Of a DNA stretch of 64,000 bases, positions 36,074 to 46,357 are shown one piece after another (position 1 is the stretch's first letter; the number at the start of each line of letters is the position of its first letter). The position numbers were made by a program, and so were the translations under genes. The DNA lies in NCBI GenBank assembly GCA_965214255.1, contig OZ243948.1, forward strand, positions 1,974,803-2,038,802, in the 5' to 3' direction. Below the pieces are notes generated by a model. That model ran no database searches and had not been told where the DNA came from. It saw nothing but the letters and a program-made list of their open reading frames with translations. The stretch comes from Alphaproteobacteria bacterium (GTDB taxonomy: Bacteria > Pseudomonadota > Alphaproteobacteria > SMXP01).

Positions 36074-37017
36074 AGGTCGCCGTCACCTGCCTGCAACTCA
36101 TCCGCGACCTCGACGACGTGCGCGGCGCGATGGAGGCCGCCGGGCTGACGCTGCGCGTGCCCGAGATCGAGGGCCAGCATCTCGAAGGGGACGACCTGGT
36201 CGCCGCGCTGGAGGGCTGCGTCGGCGTCGTCGCCGGCGACGACCGCTTCACCGCGCCGGTGCTGGACCGGCTGCCCGACCTGCGGGCGATCTCGAAATGG
36301 GGCGTGGGCCTGGACGGCATCGACCGCGACGCGGCGGCGGCGCGGGGCGTCTCCGTCTCCAATACGCCGGGCATGTTCGACGACGAGGTCGCGGACGTGG
36401 CCATGGCCTACACCGTCATGCTGCTGCGCCGCCTGCACGCGGTCCATGACGGCGTGGCGCGGGGTGAGTGGCCCAAGCCCGCGGGGCGCTCCGCCGCGGG
36501 GCTGCGGATGGGTATCGTCGGCTTGGGCGGCATCGGCCGGGCCCTGGCGCGCCGCGCCCTGGCCGCGGGCATGGACGCCGTCGGGACCGACCCGTCGCCC
36601 GAGAGCCGGGCGCTGGCGGAGGCCGCCGGCGCGGCCGTCGTCTCCCTCGACGAGGTGCTGTCGACCGGCGACGTGGTGTCCCTGCACTGCCCGCTGACCC
36701 GCGACACCCGTCACCTTCTCGACGCCGACCGTCTTGCCGCGATGAAGCCGGGCGCCTTCGTCGTCAACACCGGCCGCGGCGGCCTGATCGACACGGCGGC
36801 GCTGGCGGCGGCCCTTCGTTCCGGGCGTCTCGCGGGGGCCGCCCTCGACGTGTTCGAGGACGAGCCGCCGGGCCCCTCGAACCCCATACGCGGCTGCGGC
36901 AACGTGATTCTGGGCTCCCACAACGCCTCCAACACGCGCCAGGCGTCCGCGCGCACCCACCGCCGGGCGGTCGCCAACCTGGCCCGGGCGCTCGGTCTTC
37001 AGGTCCGCTTCCCATGA
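36070..37017 (+). CDS. D-isomer-specific 2-hydroxyacid dehydrogenase (phosphoglycerate dehydrogenase-like)
   Basis: 315 aa from the GTG at 36070, with a GTGA overlap. It has the NAD motif GIVGLGGIGRALARR and the catalytic-region motif NTGRGGLID...GAALDVFE. Confidence 0.85.
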   Translation: MKVAVTCLQLIRDLDDVRGAMEAAGLTLRVPEIEGQHLEGDDLVAALEGCVGVVAGDDRFTAPVLDRLPDLRAISKWGVGLDGIDRDAAAARGVSVSNTPGMFDDEVADVAMAYTVMLLRRLHAVHDGVARGEWPKPAGRSAAGLRMGIVGLGGIGRALARRALAAGMDAVGTDPSPESRALAEAAGAAVVSLDEVLSTGDVVSLHCPLTRDTRHLLDADRLAAMKPGAFVVNTGRGGLIDTAALAAALRSGRLAGAALDVFEDEPPGPSNPIRGCGNVILGSHNASNTRQASARTHRRAVANLARALGLQVRFP

Positions 37018-37754
37018 GACGGGTCGTCATCACCGGCGCCTGCGGCGGGATCGGACGGGCCGCGGCATCGGCGTTCGCCGCGCGCGGCTGGCGGGTGATC
37101 GGCGTCGACCGTCGGGGGCCGGAGCCGGACCTCGCCTTCGACCGCTTCGAACTCGCGGACCTCGGCGCGGAGGGCGCGGTCGCGTCCCTGTTCTCCCGCC
37201 TGTCCAACGAGGGATCCTTGGCGGCGCTGGTCAACAACGCCGCCGTCGGCCTGGACAAGCCCCTGCGCGAGACCACCGACGCCGACTGGGCGCGGGTGAT
37301 GAACGTGAACCTGCGCGCCGCGTTCCAGTGCATCCGCGAGTCCCGTCCGATGCTGGCCGCGGGCCGCGGCGCCGTGGTCAATGTCGGCTCGGTGCACGCC
37401 GTCGCGACCTCGGCCAACGTCGCCGCCTACGCGGTGACCAAAGGCGCGCTCTCCACCCTCACGCGCTCCGCGGCGCTCGAACTCGCCGCGGACGGGGTAC
37501 GGTGCAACGCCGTCCTGCCCGGCGCGGTCGATACGCCGATGCTGCGGCAGGGTCTGTCGCGCCGCCCCCATCCCGACGGGGCCGAGGGCAACCTTCGGGA
37601 CCTGACCGCGCGCACGCCCCTGGGGTTCGTCGCCGCGCCGGAACATATCGCGCCGGTCATTTATTTCCTTGCCGACGGCGAGCAGTCGCCCTACATAACC
37701 GGACAGTCGCTCGTCGCCGACGGCGGGGCCACGCTCAGGCTCGCCACCGAGTGA
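37014..37754 (+). CDS. Short-chain dehydrogenase/reductase (SDR)
   Basis: 246 aa from the ATG at 37014, with an ATGA overlap. It has TGACGGIGRA, NNAAV and YAVTKGAL (YxxxK). Confidence 0.85.
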   Translation: MRRVVITGACGGIGRAAASAFAARGWRVIGVDRRGPEPDLAFDRFELADLGAEGAVASLFSRLSNEGSLAALVNNAAVGLDKPLRETTDADWARVMNVNLRAAFQCIRESRPMLAAGRGAVVNVGSVHAVATSANVAAYAVTKGALSTLTRSAALELAADGVRCNAVLPGAVDTPMLRQGLSRRPHPDGAEGNLRDLTARTPLGFVAAPEHIAPVIYFLADGEQSPYITGQSLVADGGATLRLATE

Positions 37755-37791
37755 CGCGCCGCGGCGCCGCCCCGAAGGAGAACCGTTGTCC

Positions 37792-38334
37792 ATGGCCGAT
37801 CAGCGCCCCTTGAGCCCGTCCGAAAAGGCCCTTTGGCGGCGCTATGCCGAAGGGGTGACGCCCCTGTCCGAACAGTCCTCTTGCGGGCAGGGAACCGCGC
37901 CGCCGCGCCCCGCGCTCCCGGACCGGCCGCCGCCGCGGCCTGCGGGAAACGCGACCCCGCGCCGCGGCCCCGGCAAACCGGGCCCGCTCGACCGCTCTCT
38001 GAGGCGCAAGCTGAAAACGGGGCGCGCGACGGTCGACGCCGTCCTCGACCTTCACGGCTTTCGCGCGGCGCAGGCGGAGCATGTTTTGCATCGCTTTATC
38101 GAGAGCGGCCGCAAAAACGGGCGGCGATGCGTCCTGGTCATAACCGGCAAGGGGCGCGTTTCCGACGATCGGCCGGCCCCCGCGTCCGGCATATTGCGCC
38201 GGCTGGTTCCCGAATGGCTGCGCCGTCCGCCGTCCGCGCGCCTCGTCTTGTCGTTCGGGCCGGCGGAGCGCCGCCACGGCGGCGACGGCGCGTTTTATGT
38301 CGTGCTGCGTTCGAGGCGGGATCCTGAGCGCTAG
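37792..38334 (+). CDS. Smr-domain protein
   Basis: The Smr core is [20 protein letters not shown]...VLVITGKG. The start is either ATG 37792 or TTG 37786. Confidence 0.8.
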   Translation: MADQRPLSPSEKALWRRYAEGVTPLSEQSSCGQGTAPPRPALPDRPPPRPAGNATPRRGPGKPGPLDRSLRRKLKTGRATVDAVLDLHGFRAAQAEHVLHRFIESGRKNGRRCVLVITGKGRVSDDRPAPASGILRRLVPEWLRRPPSARLVLSFGPAERRHGGDGAFYVVLRSRRDPER

Positions 38335-39638
38335 AGAATGAACTTGCTGAGATCGACGTTCTTCGCGAGATCGCCCACATTGTCGTGAACATATTGGGCG
38401 TCGACGATCAACGACTCGCCGGGACGGTCCGGCGCGGTGAAACTGATATCGTCCAGGACCCGCTCCAGGACCGTCTGCAAGCGGCGCGCGCCGATGTTTT
38501 CGACGGCGGAATTGACCTCCGCCGCGATGTCGGCCAGCGCCTCGATGCCGTCTTCGGTGAAATCGAGATTGAATTGTTCGGTCTCCATAAGCGCCTTGTA
38601 CTGTTTGATGAGACTCGCTTCGGGCTCCGTCAGAATGCGCTTGAAGTCGTCCTTGGTCAGGGCGTTCAACTCGACGCGAATGGGAAGCCGCCCTTGAAGT
38701 TCCGGCAGAAGGTCGGCGGGTTTCGCCAGATGAAAGGCGCCCGAGGCGATGAACAGGATGTGGTCGGTCTTGACCACGCCGTATTTGGTGCTCACGGAGG
38801 TGCCTTCGAGCAGCGGCAGCAGGTCCCTCTGCACGCCTTCGCGGCTGACGTCGCCGCCGACCCGTTCCGAGCGGGCGGAAATCTTGTCGATCTCGTCGAT
38901 GAACACGATCCCGTCATTTTCCGCCGCTTCGAGCGCTTCGTGGATCAACTGGTCCTCGTCGAGCAGCTTGTCCGATTCCTCGGCGATCAGAATGTCATGG
39001 GTTTCCTTGACCTTCATGCGCCGCTGTTTGGTGCGCCCGCCCATGGCTTTGCCCAGGATGTCGTTGAGATTGATCATGCCCATCTGCGCGCCGGGCATGC
39101 CGGGAATCTCGAAGCTCGGCATGACGTTGCCGTGGTCGGAAACTTCGATCTCGATGTCCTTGTCGTTCAGTTCGCCCGCGCGGAGTTTGGTCCGGAAGGA
39201 CTCGCGCGTGGCCTCGCCCGCGTCGGGTCCGACCAGGGCGTCGACCACCCGCTCCTCGGCGTTGAGATGGGCCTGCGCCGAAACCTCGTCGTGTTTCCGC
39301 TCGCGCGACTGGGTTATGGAGACCTCCACCAAATCGCGGACGATCTGCTCCACGTCGCGGCCGACATAGCCGACTTCGGTGAATTTCGTGGCCTCGACCT
39401 TGATGAACGGCGCGTTGGCGAGACGCGCCAAACGCCTCGAAATCTCCGTCTTGCCGACGCCGGTCGGCCCGATCATCAATATGTTCTTGGGCAGGACCTC
39501 CTCGCGCAGCCCCTCCGCCAGTTGCTGCCGCCGCCAGCGGTTGCGCAAAGAGATCGCGACCGCGCGTTTGGCGTCGTTTTGCCCGATGATGTGGCGGTCC
39601 AATTCGGAAACGATTTCCCGTGGAGAAAAGCTGGACAT
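38331..39638 (-). CDS. hslU: ATP-dependent protease ATPase subunit HslU
   Basis: 435 aa with Walker [16 protein letters not shown]. It pairs with hslV. Confidence 0.95.
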   Translation of the reverse strand: MSSFSPREIVSELDRHIIGQNDAKRAVAISLRNRWRRQQLAEGLREEVLPKNILMIGPTGVGKTEISRRLARLANAPFIKVEATKFTEVGYVGRDVEQIVRDLVEVSITQSRERKHDEVSAQAHLNAEERVVDALVGPDAGEATRESFRTKLRAGELNDKDIEIEVSDHGNVMPSFEIPGMPGAQMGMINLNDILGKAMGGRTKQRRMKVKETHDILIAEESDKLLDEDQLIHEALEAAENDGIVFIDEIDKISARSERVGGDVSREGVQRDLLPLLEGTSVSTKYGVVKTDHILFIASGAFHLAKPADLLPELQGRLPIRVELNALTKDDFKRILTEPEASLIKQYKALMETEQFNLDFTEDGIEALADIAAEVNSAVENIGARRLQTVLERVLDDISFTAPDRPGESLIVDAQYVHDNVGDLAKNVDLSKFIL

Positions 39639-39651
39639 GAATAGCCGACCT

Positions 39652-40218
39652 TTAGCTTTCGATTTTTTCTACGATGACGTTGGCGTTGGTGTAGACGCAG
39701 ATATCGGCCGCGATCCTCATGGACTTGACGGCGATGTCCTCCGCGTTCAAGTCGGAGTCGTACAAGGCCCGCGCCGCCGCCAGAGCGTAGTTGCCGCCGG
39801 AGCCGATGCCCATCACGCCGTCTTCCGGGTCGAGCACGTCGCCGGTGCCCGTCAGCACCAGGCTGACGTCCTTGTCGGCGACGATCATCATGGCTTCCAG
39901 CCGGCGCAAATATCTGTCCGTCCGCCAATCCTTGGCAAGCTCGACGCAGGCCCGGGTAAGCTGGCCGGGATATTGTTCGAGTTTGGCTTCGAGACGCTCG
40001 AACAGGGTGAAGGCGTCCGCGGTCGCGCCGGCGAACCCGGCGATGACGCTGCCCTTGCCCAGCGGCCGCACCTTGCGCGCCTCGGCCTTGATGATGGTGT
40101 CGCCGAAGCTGACCTGCCCGTCGCCGGCGATGACGACCCGGTTGTTTTTGCGGACCGTGAGCACCGTCGTGCCGTGCCAGGGCGTCCGCGCTTCGTGAAC
40201 GTTCGGGGGTGACTCCAT
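39652..40218 (-). CDS. hslV: ATP-dependent protease subunit HslV
   Basis: 188 aa with the [10 protein letters not shown] catalytic-Thr region and the GDGQVS motif. Confidence 0.95.
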   Translation of the reverse strand: MESPPNVHEARTPWHGTTVLTVRKNNRVVIAGDGQVSFGDTIIKAEARKVRPLGKGSVIAGFAGATADAFTLFERLEAKLEQYPGQLTRACVELAKDWRTDRYLRRLEAMMIVADKDVSLVLTGTGDVLDPEDGVMGIGSGGNYALAAARALYDSDLNAEDIAVKSMRIAADICVYTNANVIVEKIES

Positions 40219-40387
40219 TCTTCGACCTTGACAATTCGGAGGCGTGCCGGATGATCAGCCCTTGATTTGGCGCTTTGACGCGCCGAGGTCAAGCCCCGGC
40301 GTGAAATCCGCGCCGAGACCCGGACCGTCCCGCCCGTTTCGTGCTATACAGGCACGGGCCCGGTGCCCTGTTATCGGAGTGACCCTC

Positions 40388-40981
40388 ATGCGCGTGGCGA
40401 CAGTCGAACGCAAAACCAAGGAAACGGACATATTCGTCTCGCTCGATCTGGACGGGGTCGGCGAATACGATATCGACACGGGCATCGGGTTTCTCGATCA
40501 TATGCTCGAAAGCTTTTCCAAGCACGCGGCCATCGATCTCAAGGTGCGCGCGGAAGGCGACCTGCACATCGATATGCACCATACCACGGAAGACACGGGA
40601 ATCGTCACGGGTCAAGCGGTGGCCCAGGCGCTGGGCGACATGGCGGGGCTGCGCCGGTTCGGTTCGGCGGTGATTCCCATGGACGAGACGTGCACGCGGG
40701 CGGCGGTCGACGTCTCGGGCCGCCCCTACCTGGTTTGGAACGTCGCGTTCACGCATCCCAAAGTGGGCGACATGGACACGGAGCTTTTCAAGGAGTGGTT
40801 CAAGGCCTTCGCCCAACACGCCCGTATCACGCTTCATCTGGAAACCCTTTACGGTGAAAACAATCACCATATCGTGGAGTCGAGTTTCAAGGCGCTGGCG
40901 CGCAGCCTGCGCCAGGCCGTCGAGTTCGACGAACGCCAAAACCGGGACATACCGTCCACCAAGGGCGTGCTCAGGACTTAG
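40388..40981 (+). CDS. hisB: Imidazoleglycerol-phosphate dehydratase
   Basis: 197 aa from the ATG at 40388 ([15 protein letters not shown]), with the DHMLE and HHIVES metal motifs. Confidence 0.95.
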   Translation: MRVATVERKTKETDIFVSLDLDGVGEYDIDTGIGFLDHMLESFSKHAAIDLKVRAEGDLHIDMHHTTEDTGIVTGQAVAQALGDMAGLRRFGSAVIPMDETCTRAAVDVSGRPYLVWNVAFTHPKVGDMDTELFKEWFKAFAQHARITLHLETLYGENNHHIVESSFKALARSLRQAVEFDERQNRDIPSTKGVLRT

Positions 40982-41029
40982 GGGCGGGCGGATGCTGCCG
41001 TCGGGCCCCCGGACCTTCGCGCTGAAGAC

Positions 41030-41677
41030 ATGATCGTCGCCGTCATCGATTACGGGTCCGGCAATTTGCGCTCCGCCGCGAAGAGCTTCGAGCGGGCCGC
41101 GCTCGAAAACGGACTCGCCGCTCGAATCGAGGTCACCGCGGACCCGAAACGGGTCGCCGCCGCGGACAGGATCGTGTTGCCGGGGGTCGGCGCGTTCGCC
41201 GACTGTTTGCGCGGGCTCGAAGCGATAGACGGCATGCGCGACAGCCTCGAAGACGCCGTGCGCGAACGGGGGAGACCGTTCCTGGGCATCTGCGTGGGCA
41301 TGCAACTCATGGCCGAGCGCAGCTTCGAGCACGGCGAGCACCGCGGCTTCGGCTGGCTCGCGGGGGATGTCGTGCCGTTCGACCGGAAAGACGTGCCGAA
41401 GATCCCCCATATGGGCTGGAACGAACTGTCCGTCGAGGCGGCCCATCCCTTGACCGAGGGTCTGGACGAGGGGGAAAGCTTGCCCCATGCCTATTTCGTT
41501 CATTCCTACGTTCTCGAGGTGCGGGACTCGGGGCGCCTGCTGGCGACGACCCGTTACGGGTCCGACATCGCCGCGGCGGTGGCGCGGCGAAACCTCGCCG
41601 GCACGCAGTTCCATCCGGAAAAGAGTCAGAGGACGGGGCTGCGGTTCATCGCCAATTTTTTGAGGTGGCGCCCGTGA
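41030..41677 (+). CDS. hisH: Imidazole glycerol phosphate synthase, glutaminase subunit
   Basis: 215 aa with GICVGMQL (the catalytic Cys) and VHSY. Confidence 0.95.
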   Translation: MIVAVIDYGSGNLRSAAKSFERAALENGLAARIEVTADPKRVAAADRIVLPGVGAFADCLRGLEAIDGMRDSLEDAVRERGRPFLGICVGMQLMAERSFEHGEHRGFGWLAGDVVPFDRKDVPKIPHMGWNELSVEAAHPLTEGLDEGESLPHAYFVHSYVLEVRDSGRLLATTRYGSDIAAAVARRNLAGTQFHPEKSQRTGLRFIANFLRWRP

Positions 41678-42411
41678 ATCTCTATCCGGCCATCGACGTG
41701 AAGGACGGCGCGTGCGTTCGTCTGGTCAGGGGGGAGATGGAGCGGGCGACCGTGTTCAACGACGACCCCGGACGGCAGGCGGCGGCGTTCGCGGCGCAGG
41801 GGTTCGGCTGGATTCACGTGGTCGACCTCGACGGCGCGTTCCGGGGCGCGCCGGTCAACGCCCGCGCCGTCGCCGCGATCCTGGAGGCGGTCTCGGTGCC
41901 GATACAGTTGGGCGGCGGCATCCGCGACATGAGCACCGCCGCCCATTGGATCGAAAAGGGCGTCAGGCGCATCGTCCTGGGCACCGCCGCCGTGCGCGAC
42001 CCCGGCTTCGTCGCCGAGGCGGCGCGGACCTTTCCGGGGCAGGTGGCGGTCAGCCTCGACGCCCGCGGCGGCCGCGTCGCCGTCGAAGGCTGGGCCGAAG
42101 ACACCGGAGTCGACGTTGTGGACGCGGCCCGCAGGCTCGAAGACGCGGGCGCGGCGGCGCTCGTCTTTACGGACATCGATCGCGACGGCGTGCTCACGGG
42201 CGTCAACGTCGCCGCGACGGCGGCGCTCGCCGAGTCCGTCTCCCTGCCCGTCATCGCCAGCGGCGGCGTCGCGTCCCTCGATGACATCGAGGCCTTGAGG
42301 GACGCCGGCTGCCCGGGCATCGACGGCGCCATCGTCGGCCGGGCGTTGTATGACGGGCGCATCCGCGCGGGCGAGGCTTTGGCATTGCTGAAAGGCGACG
42401 CCGGTGCTTAA
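41674..42411 (+). CDS. hisA: ProFAR isomerase
   Basis: It has [19 protein letters not shown]. The GTG at 41674 overlaps the hisH stop (GTGA). The track start at 41665 is an alternative. Confidence 0.9.
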   Translation: MNLYPAIDVKDGACVRLVRGEMERATVFNDDPGRQAAAFAAQGFGWIHVVDLDGAFRGAPVNARAVAAILEAVSVPIQLGGGIRDMSTAAHWIEKGVRRIVLGTAAVRDPGFVAEAARTFPGQVAVSLDARGGRVAVEGWAEDTGVDVVDAARRLEDAGAAALVFTDIDRDGVLTGVNVAATAALAESVSLPVIASGGVASLDDIEALRDAGCPGIDGAIVGRALYDGRIRAGEALALLKGDAGA

Positions 42412-43168
42412 AGTTCGCGTCATACCGTGCCTCGACGTCAAGGACGGACGGGTCGTCAAAGGCGTCAATTTCGTCAATTTGAGGGACGCGGGCGACCCGG
42501 TGGAGCAGGCCGAAATCTACGACCGCGCGGGCGCCGACGAGTTGTGCTTTCTCGACATCACCGCGAGCCACGAAAACCGGGACATGATTTTCGACGCGGT
42601 CGCGCGCACCGCCGAGCGGTGTTTCATGCCGCTGACGGTGGGCGGCGGGGTGCGCTCCCTCGACGACATCCGCAAGCTCCTCGCCGCGGGGGCCGACAAG
42701 GTCTCGATCAACACCGCCGCCGTCGAGAACCGGGACTTCGTCCGCGACGCGGCGCACAAATTCGGCAGCCAGTGCATCGTCGCGGCGGTCGACGCCAAGC
42801 GCGTGAGCGCCGGCAAGTGGGAAATCTTCACTCACGGCGGGCGGCGGCCCACGGGCATCGACGCGGCGGCCTATGGGGCCCAAGTCGCGGCCTTGGGCGC
42901 CGGCGAGATCCTGTTGACCTCCATGGACCGGGACGGCACCGGGGACGGCTTCGATCTGGACCTGACGCGGACGCTCGCCGACGCGGTGACCGTTCCGGTG
43001 ATCGCCAGCGGCGGCGTCGGCTCCCTCGCGCATCTGGTCGAGGGCGTGAAAAGGGGGCACGCGAGCGCGGTCCTCGCGGCGTCGATTTTTCACTTCGGCG
43101 CGTTTTCGATCCGGGAGGCGAAAGAACATATGCATGAGGCCGGCATCGCCGTGCGCCTTGCCGACTGA
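42404..43168 (+). CDS. hisF: Imidazole glycerol phosphate synthase, cyclase subunit
   Basis: 254 aa with [19 protein letters not shown]. Confidence 0.95.
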   Translation: MLKVRVIPCLDVKDGRVVKGVNFVNLRDAGDPVEQAEIYDRAGADELCFLDITASHENRDMIFDAVARTAERCFMPLTVGGGVRSLDDIRKLLAAGADKVSINTAAVENRDFVRDAAHKFGSQCIVAAVDAKRVSAGKWEIFTHGGRRPTGIDAAAYGAQVAALGAGEILLTSMDRDGTGDGFDLDLTRTLADAVTVPVIASGGVGSLAHLVEGVKRGHASAVLAASIFHFGAFSIREAKEHMHEAGIAVRLAD

Positions 43169-43203
43169 CATCCATGGGAACGGCTCTGTGATATTCTAGG
43201 CAT

Positions 43204-43860
43204 ATGAAAAAGACGGCGGTCGAAACGTTTTTCGCGCGGCTCGAGCAAAAAATGCCGACTCCGCGCGGCGAACTGCACTACAAAAATCCCTATACGCTGC
43301 TCGTCGCCGTCGTCCTGTCGGCGCAGGCCACGGACAAGGGAGTCAACAGGGCGACGGCGCCGTTGTTCAAGCGCGTCGATACGCCGCAGAAGATGATCGC
43401 GCTCGGCGAGAACAGGCTGCGGGACGCCATCAAGTCGATCGGCCTGTACCGCACCAAGGCCAGGAACGTCATCGCCCTGTCGAGACGACTGGTGGAAGAA
43501 TTCGACGGCGAAATACCGACCACCCGTGAAGACCTGATGACGCTTCCCGGCGTCGGGCGCAAGACGGCGAACGTGGTGTTGAACATCGCCTTCGCGGCGC
43601 CGACCATCGCCGTCGACACCCATATCTTTCGCGTCTCCAACCGCACCGGCCTGGCGCCGGGCAAAACGCCCCTCGACGTGGAGGAGAAACTCGAAAGGGC
43701 CGTGCCCGACAGGTTCAAGCTCCACGCCCATCACTGGCTGATTCTGCACGGCCGGTACGTTTGCAAGGCGCGCACGCCGGAATGTTACGACTGCGTCGCC
43801 GCCGACCTGTGCCCCTATAAGGACAAGACGCCGTTTGCCAAGCGGCGTGACCGCCCCTGA
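43204..43860 (+). CDS. nth: Endonuclease III
   Basis: 218 aa with the HhH motif LPGVGRKTANVV and the 4Fe-4S cluster motif CKARTPECYDCVAADLC (C-x6-C-x2-C-x5-C). Confidence 0.95.
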   Translation: MKKTAVETFFARLEQKMPTPRGELHYKNPYTLLVAVVLSAQATDKGVNRATAPLFKRVDTPQKMIALGENRLRDAIKSIGLYRTKARNVIALSRRLVEEFDGEIPTTREDLMTLPGVGRKTANVVLNIAFAAPTIAVDTHIFRVSNRTGLAPGKTPLDVEEKLERAVPDRFKLHAHHWLILHGRYVCKARTPECYDCVAADLCPYKDKTPFAKRRDRP

Positions 43861-43960
43861 AACGCCGCCTCATGACAGTGGTCATCGGCCGCGGTTCGTT
43901 GTATGCCTTCGGCCCTCCGCGCCGACTCGTCGGGTCGCCGCGTTTCAAGGACGAGGGACG

Positions 43961-44977
43961 ATGCCCGCGGCAAACACCGATTTCGACGTGCTGGCGATCG
44001 GCAATGCGATCGTCGACGTCCTGGCCCATGTCGACGACGCGTTTTTGGCGGCGCGAAACATCCGAAAGGGAACGATGACCTTGATCGACGAGGCGCAGGC
44101 CACGCGGCTCTACGCCCACATGCCGCCGAGCGTGGAGGTGTCCGGCGGGTCGGCGGCCAATACCGCCGCCGGCGTCGCCTCGTTCGGCGCCCGCGCCGCC
44201 TATGTCGGGAAAGTGCGCGACGATCAACTGGGCGAGGTCTTTTCCCACGATCTGCGCGCCGCCGGGGTGTCGTACGAAACGACCCCGTCGACGGAGGGCC
44301 CGCCCACCGCGCGCTGCTTGATTCTGGTCACCCCCGACGCGCAGCGCAGCATGAACACGTTTCTCGGCGCGGGGCACATGCTCGGGCCGGACGATATCGA
44401 CCCGGACCGCGTCGCCGCCGCGCGCACCGTGTATATGGAAGGCTATCTTTATGAACAGCCGGCGGCCAGGAAAGCGTTCGAAAAGGCCGTAAAGATCGCG
44501 AAAGAGGCCGGCAACAAGGTCAGCCTGACCTTGTCGGATCCGTTTTGCGTCGAGCGCTGTCGGCGCGAATTTCAAGCCCTCGTCGACGGGGGCGTCGATC
44601 TTCTGTTCGCCAACGAGGCGGAGATTTGTTCGCTCTATCGAACCGGGACGTTCGACGAGGCGCTTCAGATCGTGCGCGGCAAGTGCGAACTGACGGCGCT
44701 CACCCGTTCGGCGGCGGGCTCGGTGATCGTCTCCGGCGGGGACGTGCATGTCGTCGACGCCGAACCCGTGGACCGTCTCGTGGACACGACGGGCGCCGGC
44801 GACCTCTATGCGGCGGGCTGTCTGTTCGGCTACGCCGCGGGGCACGATCCTCTCACATGCGGCCGTTTGGGCAGCCTGGCGGCGGGAGAAATCATAGGCC
44901 ATTTCGGCGCCCGCCCCGAAGCGTCTCTGGCCGGGTTGGCCAGGCGAAAAGGATTGCCGACGGCGGGCGGCGGTTAG
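43961..44977 (+). CDS. PfkB-family carbohydrate/adenosine kinase
   Basis: 338 aa from the ATG at 43961, with GGSAANTA and DTTGAGDLYAAG. Confidence 0.85.
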   Translation: MPAANTDFDVLAIGNAIVDVLAHVDDAFLAARNIRKGTMTLIDEAQATRLYAHMPPSVEVSGGSAANTAAGVASFGARAAYVGKVRDDQLGEVFSHDLRAAGVSYETTPSTEGPPTARCLILVTPDAQRSMNTFLGAGHMLGPDDIDPDRVAAARTVYMEGYLYEQPAARKAFEKAVKIAKEAGNKVSLTLSDPFCVERCRREFQALVDGGVDLLFANEAEICSLYRTGTFDEALQIVRGKCELTALTRSAAGSVIVSGGDVHVVDAEPVDRLVDTTGAGDLYAAGCLFGYAAGHDPLTCGRLGSLAAGEIIGHFGARPEASLAGLARRKGLPTAGGG

Positions 44978-45294
44978 CGGCTTGCCTTTTCTTCCAGTCC
45001 CGAGCGTTTCCGGCGGCGGCGCAATTCGTCGAAAACGTCCCCGGGGCTTACCTCTCGAACGGCGAGCAGCACGAGCAGGTGATAGATCAGGTCCGCGGCT
45101 TCGTGGACCAGATCCCGGCGATCGTTCCGAACGGCCGCGAGGGCCGTCTCGACCGCTTCTTCGCCCAGTTTTTTGGCGCATGTCTCCGCGCCCGCGGACA
45201 TGAGTCGAGCGGTATAGGACGCCTCCGGGTCCGCGCCCCGCCGCGACGCGATCACCCGATAAAGGTCGTCAAGGATGGTGCAAGGCTGAGTCAT
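44974..45294 (-). CDS. hisE: Phosphoribosyl-ATP pyrophosphatase
   Basis: 106 aa (MTQPCTILDDLY...EEAVETALAA...EAADLIYHLLVLL). It forms the C-terminal part of a longer spurious track ORF. Confidence 0.9.
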   Translation of the reverse strand: MTQPCTILDDLYRVIASRRGADPEASYTARLMSAGAETCAKKLGEEAVETALAAVRNDRRDLVHEAADLIYHLLVLLAVREVSPGDVFDELRRRRKRSGLEEKASR

Positions 45295-45444
45295 GGGAGC
45301 AACGGGCCGTTTCAAGTGAATGAGGGGCCCAAGCCTTAACAGATTACGGCCCCGCCCGCTACAGAGGGCCGCCGCGCGCGGCCCGCGTTCGAGAGCGCAA
45401 GAATCGGGTGGCCGGGGGCGGCCCCGCCTAGTAACGTGCGGGGC

Positions 45445-46305
45445 ATGTCCGGAGCGGGCGCACAACCGAACCCGATGTCGCGCGACTATGAGCGCGTGGC
45501 GTCGGCCATCGCCTATCTCGTCGACCATGCGGTCGAGCAGCCGGACTTGGCGCGCGTCGCGGCGCATGCGGGGTTGAGCCCCCACCATATGCAGCGCGTG
45601 TTCAAACGCTGGGCGGGGATCAGCCCCAAACAGTTTCTCGGATTCGTCACCCAGCAACGGGCGCGCGCCCTGCTGCGCGAACAGACGCCCCTGCTCGATA
45701 CGGCATTGGACGTCGGCCTCTCGGGCCCCGGCCGCCTGCACGATTTGTGCCTTACATGGGAGGCCATGACACCCGGCGACATCAAGGGCGGCGGGCGGCG
45801 GGTGCGGCTCGCCTACGGATTTCACGACTCGCCGTTCGGCCGCGCTCTTTTGATCGCCGCGCCGAGAGGGTTGTCGGGCCTCGCCTTTTGCGACGCCGGC
45901 GGCGAGGCCGCGGCGTTGAGGGACTTGACCGGCCGCTGGCCGCACGCGCTCCATGAACGGGACGAGGACAGGACCGGTTCCTATGCGGAGACGCTTTTTC
46001 ACGGCAAGCGCGGCGACATGCGTCTGCTGATGCGCGGCACGGCCTTTCAAATCAAGGTATGGGAGGCGCTGCTGCATATTCCGCCCGGACGGGTTGTCAG
46101 TTATAGTGCCGTCGCCGCCCATATCGGCGCGCCCCGCGCCGCGCGCGCCGTCGGTCAGGCCGTCGGCAGAAACCCCGTTGCCTATGCCGTGCCCTGTCAC
46201 CGCGTCCTGCGAAGCAGCGGGGCCCTGGGGGGCTACCGTTGGGGGCAGACCCGCAAGCGCGCCATGCTGGCGTACGAACGGGGCCGCCGGGACCTCGTCT
46301 CGTAA
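45445..46305 (+). CDS. AraC-type HTH fused to methylated-DNA--protein-cysteine methyltransferase (Ada/Ogt-like)
   Basis: It has the HTH LARVAAHAGLSPHHMQRVFKRWAGISPKQF and the C-terminal MGMT active site VPCHRV. Confidence 0.9.
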   Translation: MSGAGAQPNPMSRDYERVASAIAYLVDHAVEQPDLARVAAHAGLSPHHMQRVFKRWAGISPKQFLGFVTQQRARALLREQTPLLDTALDVGLSGPGRLHDLCLTWEAMTPGDIKGGGRRVRLAYGFHDSPFGRALLIAAPRGLSGLAFCDAGGEAAALRDLTGRWPHALHERDEDRTGSYAETLFHGKRGDMRLLMRGTAFQIKVWEALLHIPPGRVVSYSAVAAHIGAPRAARAVGQAVGRNPVAYAVPCHRVLRSSGALGGYRWGQTRKRAMLAYERGRRDLVS

Positions 46306-46357
46306 AGGGCGCGGATGTTCCAGACCCGGGCGCGGAACGGCAAGTCGGAGGCAGGAC

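Noticed and set aside
16578-37791. Calling the island a mobile element or integrated genomic island.
   Set aside because: I saw no integrase, transposase, tRNA target, terminal inverted repeats or flanking direct repeats. The composition looks like the host.
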